NCBI GenBank assembly: GCA_963788655.1
Contig: CAWBHS010000060.1
Span: forward strand, 288,001-352,000
DNA from: an uncultured Verrucomicrobiae bacterium
Lineage (GTDB): Bacteria; Verrucomicrobiota; Verrucomicrobiia; Limisphaerales; JAFGQR01
Length of the DNA stretch: 64,000 bases
Reading direction: 5' to 3'
The position numbers were made by a program, and so were the translations under genes. The notes under the pieces were generated by a model. It worked only from the letters and a program-made list of their open reading frames with translations. It was not told where the DNA came from and ran no database searches. Positions 61,385 to 64,000 of the stretch are shown here, piece by piece (positions within the stretch are counted from its first letter, which is position 1; every line of letters starts with the position of its first letter).

Positions 61385-61602
61385 AGGGTTGAAGCGTTGA
61401 AGAGTTTAAGTGGGTGGACCGCCTGGTGTTAATCGCGAGGCATGGGGAGGACAGGCGCCTCGCCTGTCAACCGGTGCGCCTCGCACCGGCAGTGTTTGGA
61501 GGACGGCTCTCGATTCATTTAGCGCCCGGCGACATTCGAGTCAACGGCGGGGCGCCGTTGACAGCGCCCGGGGCGGGCGCGCTCCCCGGAAGCGACGAAC
61601 CT

Positions 61603-62178
61603 TCACCGCAATTCCCAGTTGGCGAGTTCTTCTTTGAGCCGTTCCATCGGCAAGCCGACCACGTTGGTGTAAGAGCCGTGAATGTTTTTCACGATTTCAT
61701 CGCCTTCTTCCTGGATGCCATACGCCCCGGCTTTGTCGAGCGGGTTTACTTTGGCGAGATACCGGCGGATTTGATCCAGGTGCAAATGGCGGAAGGTGAC
61801 CGTGGTGCTGACGGCGAACAGTTGCTGGCGATGTTTCCGCAAGTAAATGAGGCAAACGCCGGTGACAACTTCATGGGTGCGCCCCTGGAGTTTGGTTAGC
61901 ATCTGCTGCGCCTCGTCCAGGTTTTTTGGTTTACCGAAGATCGTGCGGCCCAGGCAAACAATCGTGTCCGCGGCCAGCACCAGGGCATCCGGATGCTTTT
62001 TGGCGACGGCCCGGCCTTTCCGGTAGGCGTTGATTTGAGCGGTTTCGTGCGGGGTGAGGTGCTCGGGTTGGACCTCTGTGACGCGCGTGGACAGCGTGGC
62101 AAACTCGAAGCCTGCCTCCCGCAACAAGTCCACCCTCCGGGGCGAAGCCGAAGCCAGCATTAATGGAGGCAAGTTCAT
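61603..62178 (-). CDS. maf: Maf family nucleoside triphosphate pyrophosphatase
   Basis: LASASPRR, AADTIV, GKP, DKAGAYGIQ, NVVGLP. Confidence 0.95.
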   Translation of the reverse strand: MNLPPLMLASASPRRVDLLREAGFEFATLSTRVTEVQPEHLTPHETAQINAYRKGRAVAKKHPDALVLAADTIVCLGRTIFGKPKNLDEAQQMLTKLQGRTHEVVTGVCLIYLRKHRQQLFAVSTTVTFRHLHLDQIRRYLAKVNPLDKAGAYGIQEEGDEIVKNIHGSYTNVVGLPMERLKEELANWELR

Positions 62179-62464
62179 AACTGATTCCTTTTGGCCGGTG
62201 CCGCTGGTTTCATTTCGAGTCCGTTCGTTTGCATCCGTCATCAATTGTCAGTTCACGACTCCGCTGCCACCACCGTCACTTGCTGAATCAAAGGCTACCA
62301 GAAAGCGGGCGGGAAGTCGAGCCGCGCCCGCGGTTGCGCTCAAAGCTTGCCAGTGGGAGCCGCTTTGTTTAATTTCCGCGGCATTAATCATGTGGCGTGA
62401 TGCAACACCAGAACTCTTTTGTCCGTTTTCCGGTTAAATCCTGAACCTCAATACCCTTCTTACC

Positions 62465-64000
62465 ATGAATACCGAAATGCGCGTGCGGTTGTCCCTGATG
62501 ATGTTTCTGGAATACTTCATTTGGAGTGCCTGGTACGTCACCATGGGCCCTTACCTTGGCGGCACTCTCAATTTCAGCGGCACAGAAATCGGCTATGCCT
62601 ACAGCGCCACCGCGCTGGCGGCGATGATCTCCCCGTTCTTTGTGGGCATGATTGCCGACCGGTTCTTTGCCACCGAAAAAGTGCTGGCGGTGCTGCACAT
62701 TCTGGGCGGACTGCTGATCTTCGGGGCCGCCCAGGCCAAGACCTTTGGCGTCTTTTTCCCGTTCCTGATCGCCCATACCCTTTGTTACATGCCCACGCTG
62801 GCGTTGACCAATTCGATCTCGTTCAACCAGATGACCAATACCGGCAAGGAGTTTCCCAGCATTCGCGTCCTGGGCACGATCAGTTGGATTTGCGCCGGCT
62901 TGACAGTTGGCCTGTTGGGCAACAAGGCCATCACTACGCCGATGCCATTCGTGATCGCCGCCGGGGTGTCCATTCTGATGGGCCTATACTGTTTAACCCT
63001 GCCCCACACGCCGCCAAAAGCCACGGGCCGGGTCACCGCCCGCGATGTGCTCGGATTGGATACGTTGCAGTTGATGCGGGAACGCTCGTTCGCCATCTTC
63101 ATCGTCAGCGCGTTTTTGATCTGCATTCCGCTCACGTTTTACTTCAGTTTCACACCGTCCTTCCTTGGCGACCAGAACGTGAGTAACATTCCCGGCAAGA
63201 TGACCCTGGGGCAGGCTTCGGAAATCTTCTTCATGCTGGTGATGCCGTTCTTCTTTGCGCGCCTCGGCGTCAAATGGATGCTGATCGTCGGCATGCTCTC
63301 CTGGAGCGTGCGGTACACCCTGTTCATTCTGGGTTATAACGGCGCGCTGGTCTGGCCGTTGTATTTGGGCATCGTCCTGCACGGCGTGTGTTACGACTTC
63401 TTCTTTGTCACGGCCTATATTTATGTCGATCAGAAAGCCAGCGAAGCCATGCGCGCCAAGGCGCAGGGATTTATCGCGTTTGTCACGCTGGGCGCCGGCA
63501 TGTTCGTGGGCGCCACGCTTTCCGGGTGGGTGGTGAATGCCTACAGCTTTCCGAACGTCACGCCAGACAAATACAAGACCGTGACCGACTCTGCCGAATG
63601 GACCGCCGGCAATTTCGCGAAATGGGAGGCCGCGAACCAACCGGTTTTGGGTCAGGTGGTCTATCTGGTGGCCCCGACCAACACGGCGAACACGGTTTGG
63701 GTGGCCCGGTCAAACGGCAAGCTCGAAGTAACCCTCGAAAAACCCGATACCACCCAGGCGGCGGAAGTGGACCTGAAGAAACTACTGTCCTTCCCCGAGC
63801 GACCCGCGGCTATTGTGGAGGCTTACCAGCAAGAAGGAGGAGTGTTTAAGCCGGCCGAGCAATTCGCGGGCAAACCCCTGACCGCCTTGAGCAAGCCCAT
63901 GCCTTGGTGGAACTCCATTTGGATGATCCCGGCGATTGGCGCTTTTATCATCATGGTGTTGTTTGGCCTCTTCTTCCAATACCAGCATGTAAAACCAAAT
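62465..64000 (+). CDS. MFS nucleoside:H+ symporter (NupG/YegT-like), runs off the window
   Basis: Hand translation: RLSLMMFLEYFIWSAWYVT, GMIADRFFA, IRVLGTISWI, LGQASEIFFML, LHGVCYDFFFV. Absent from the ORF track because it has no stop. Confidence 0.9.
   Translation, partial: MNTEMRVRLSLMMFLEYFIWSAWYVTMGPYLGGTLNFSGTEIGYAYSATALAAMISPFFVGMIADRFFATEKVLAVLHILGGLLIFGAAQAKTFGVFFPFLIAHTLCYMPTLALTNSISFNQMTNTGKEFPSIRVLGTISWICAGLTVGLLGNKAITTPMPFVIAAGVSILMGLYCLTLPHTPPKATGRVTARDVLGLDTLQLMRERSFAIFIVSAFLICIPLTFYFSFTPSFLGDQNVSNIPGKMTLGQASEIFFMLVMPFFFARLGVKWMLIVGMLSWSVRYTLFILGYNGALVWPLYLGIVLHGVCYDFFFVTAYIYVDQKASEAMRAKAQGFIAFVTLGAGMFVGATLSGWVVNAYSFPNVTPDKYKTVTDSAEWTAGNFAKWEAANQPVLGQVVYLVAPTNTANTVWVARSNGKLEVTLEKPDTTQAAEVDLKKLLSFPERPAAIVEAYQQEGGVFKPAEQFAGKPLTALSKPMPWWNSIWMIPAIGAFIIMVLFGLFFQYQHVKPN

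Overview
GC-rich bacterial DNA whose gene style and intergenic repeats suggest Verrucomicrobiota (Pedosphaera/Limisphaera-like); this is inference. Single-base frameshifts occur even in lysS, so many broken ORFs are probably long-read consensus errors. Left to right: (1) fliW-csrA-flagellin followed by sugar-modification genes (two NAD-dependent epimerases, NeuB-family synthase) with two internally deleted gene relics; (2) a 7-12.3 kb decayed defence region with a PIN toxin-antitoxin pair, an M.PvuII-like N4-cytosine methyltransferase, an IS630-type transposase and repeated fused fragments of a TolB-like gene, hsdM and clpB; (3) a type II FAS/PKS-like lipid cluster (MMPL-acyltransferase fusion, LolA-like, FabZ, AMP ligase, GT2, B12 radical SAM, KS/CLF, FabG, ACP); (4) DUF1638, purM, lysS, tricorn protease; (5) TolC, adaptor and GAF-HlyD export genes; (6) an ECF-like sigma factor, a large secreted protein and a polymorphic toxin locus whose Rhs has an N-terminal C39 peptidase plus a double-glycine-like motif, with immunity gene and orphan Rhs module; (7) a RAYT transposase and a group II intron inserted in a REP-like repeat with an apparently non-canonical 5' end; (8) M20 dipeptidase, Maf and a nucleoside permease with an extra loop domain. 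Family assignments come from recalled motifs, not database searches.
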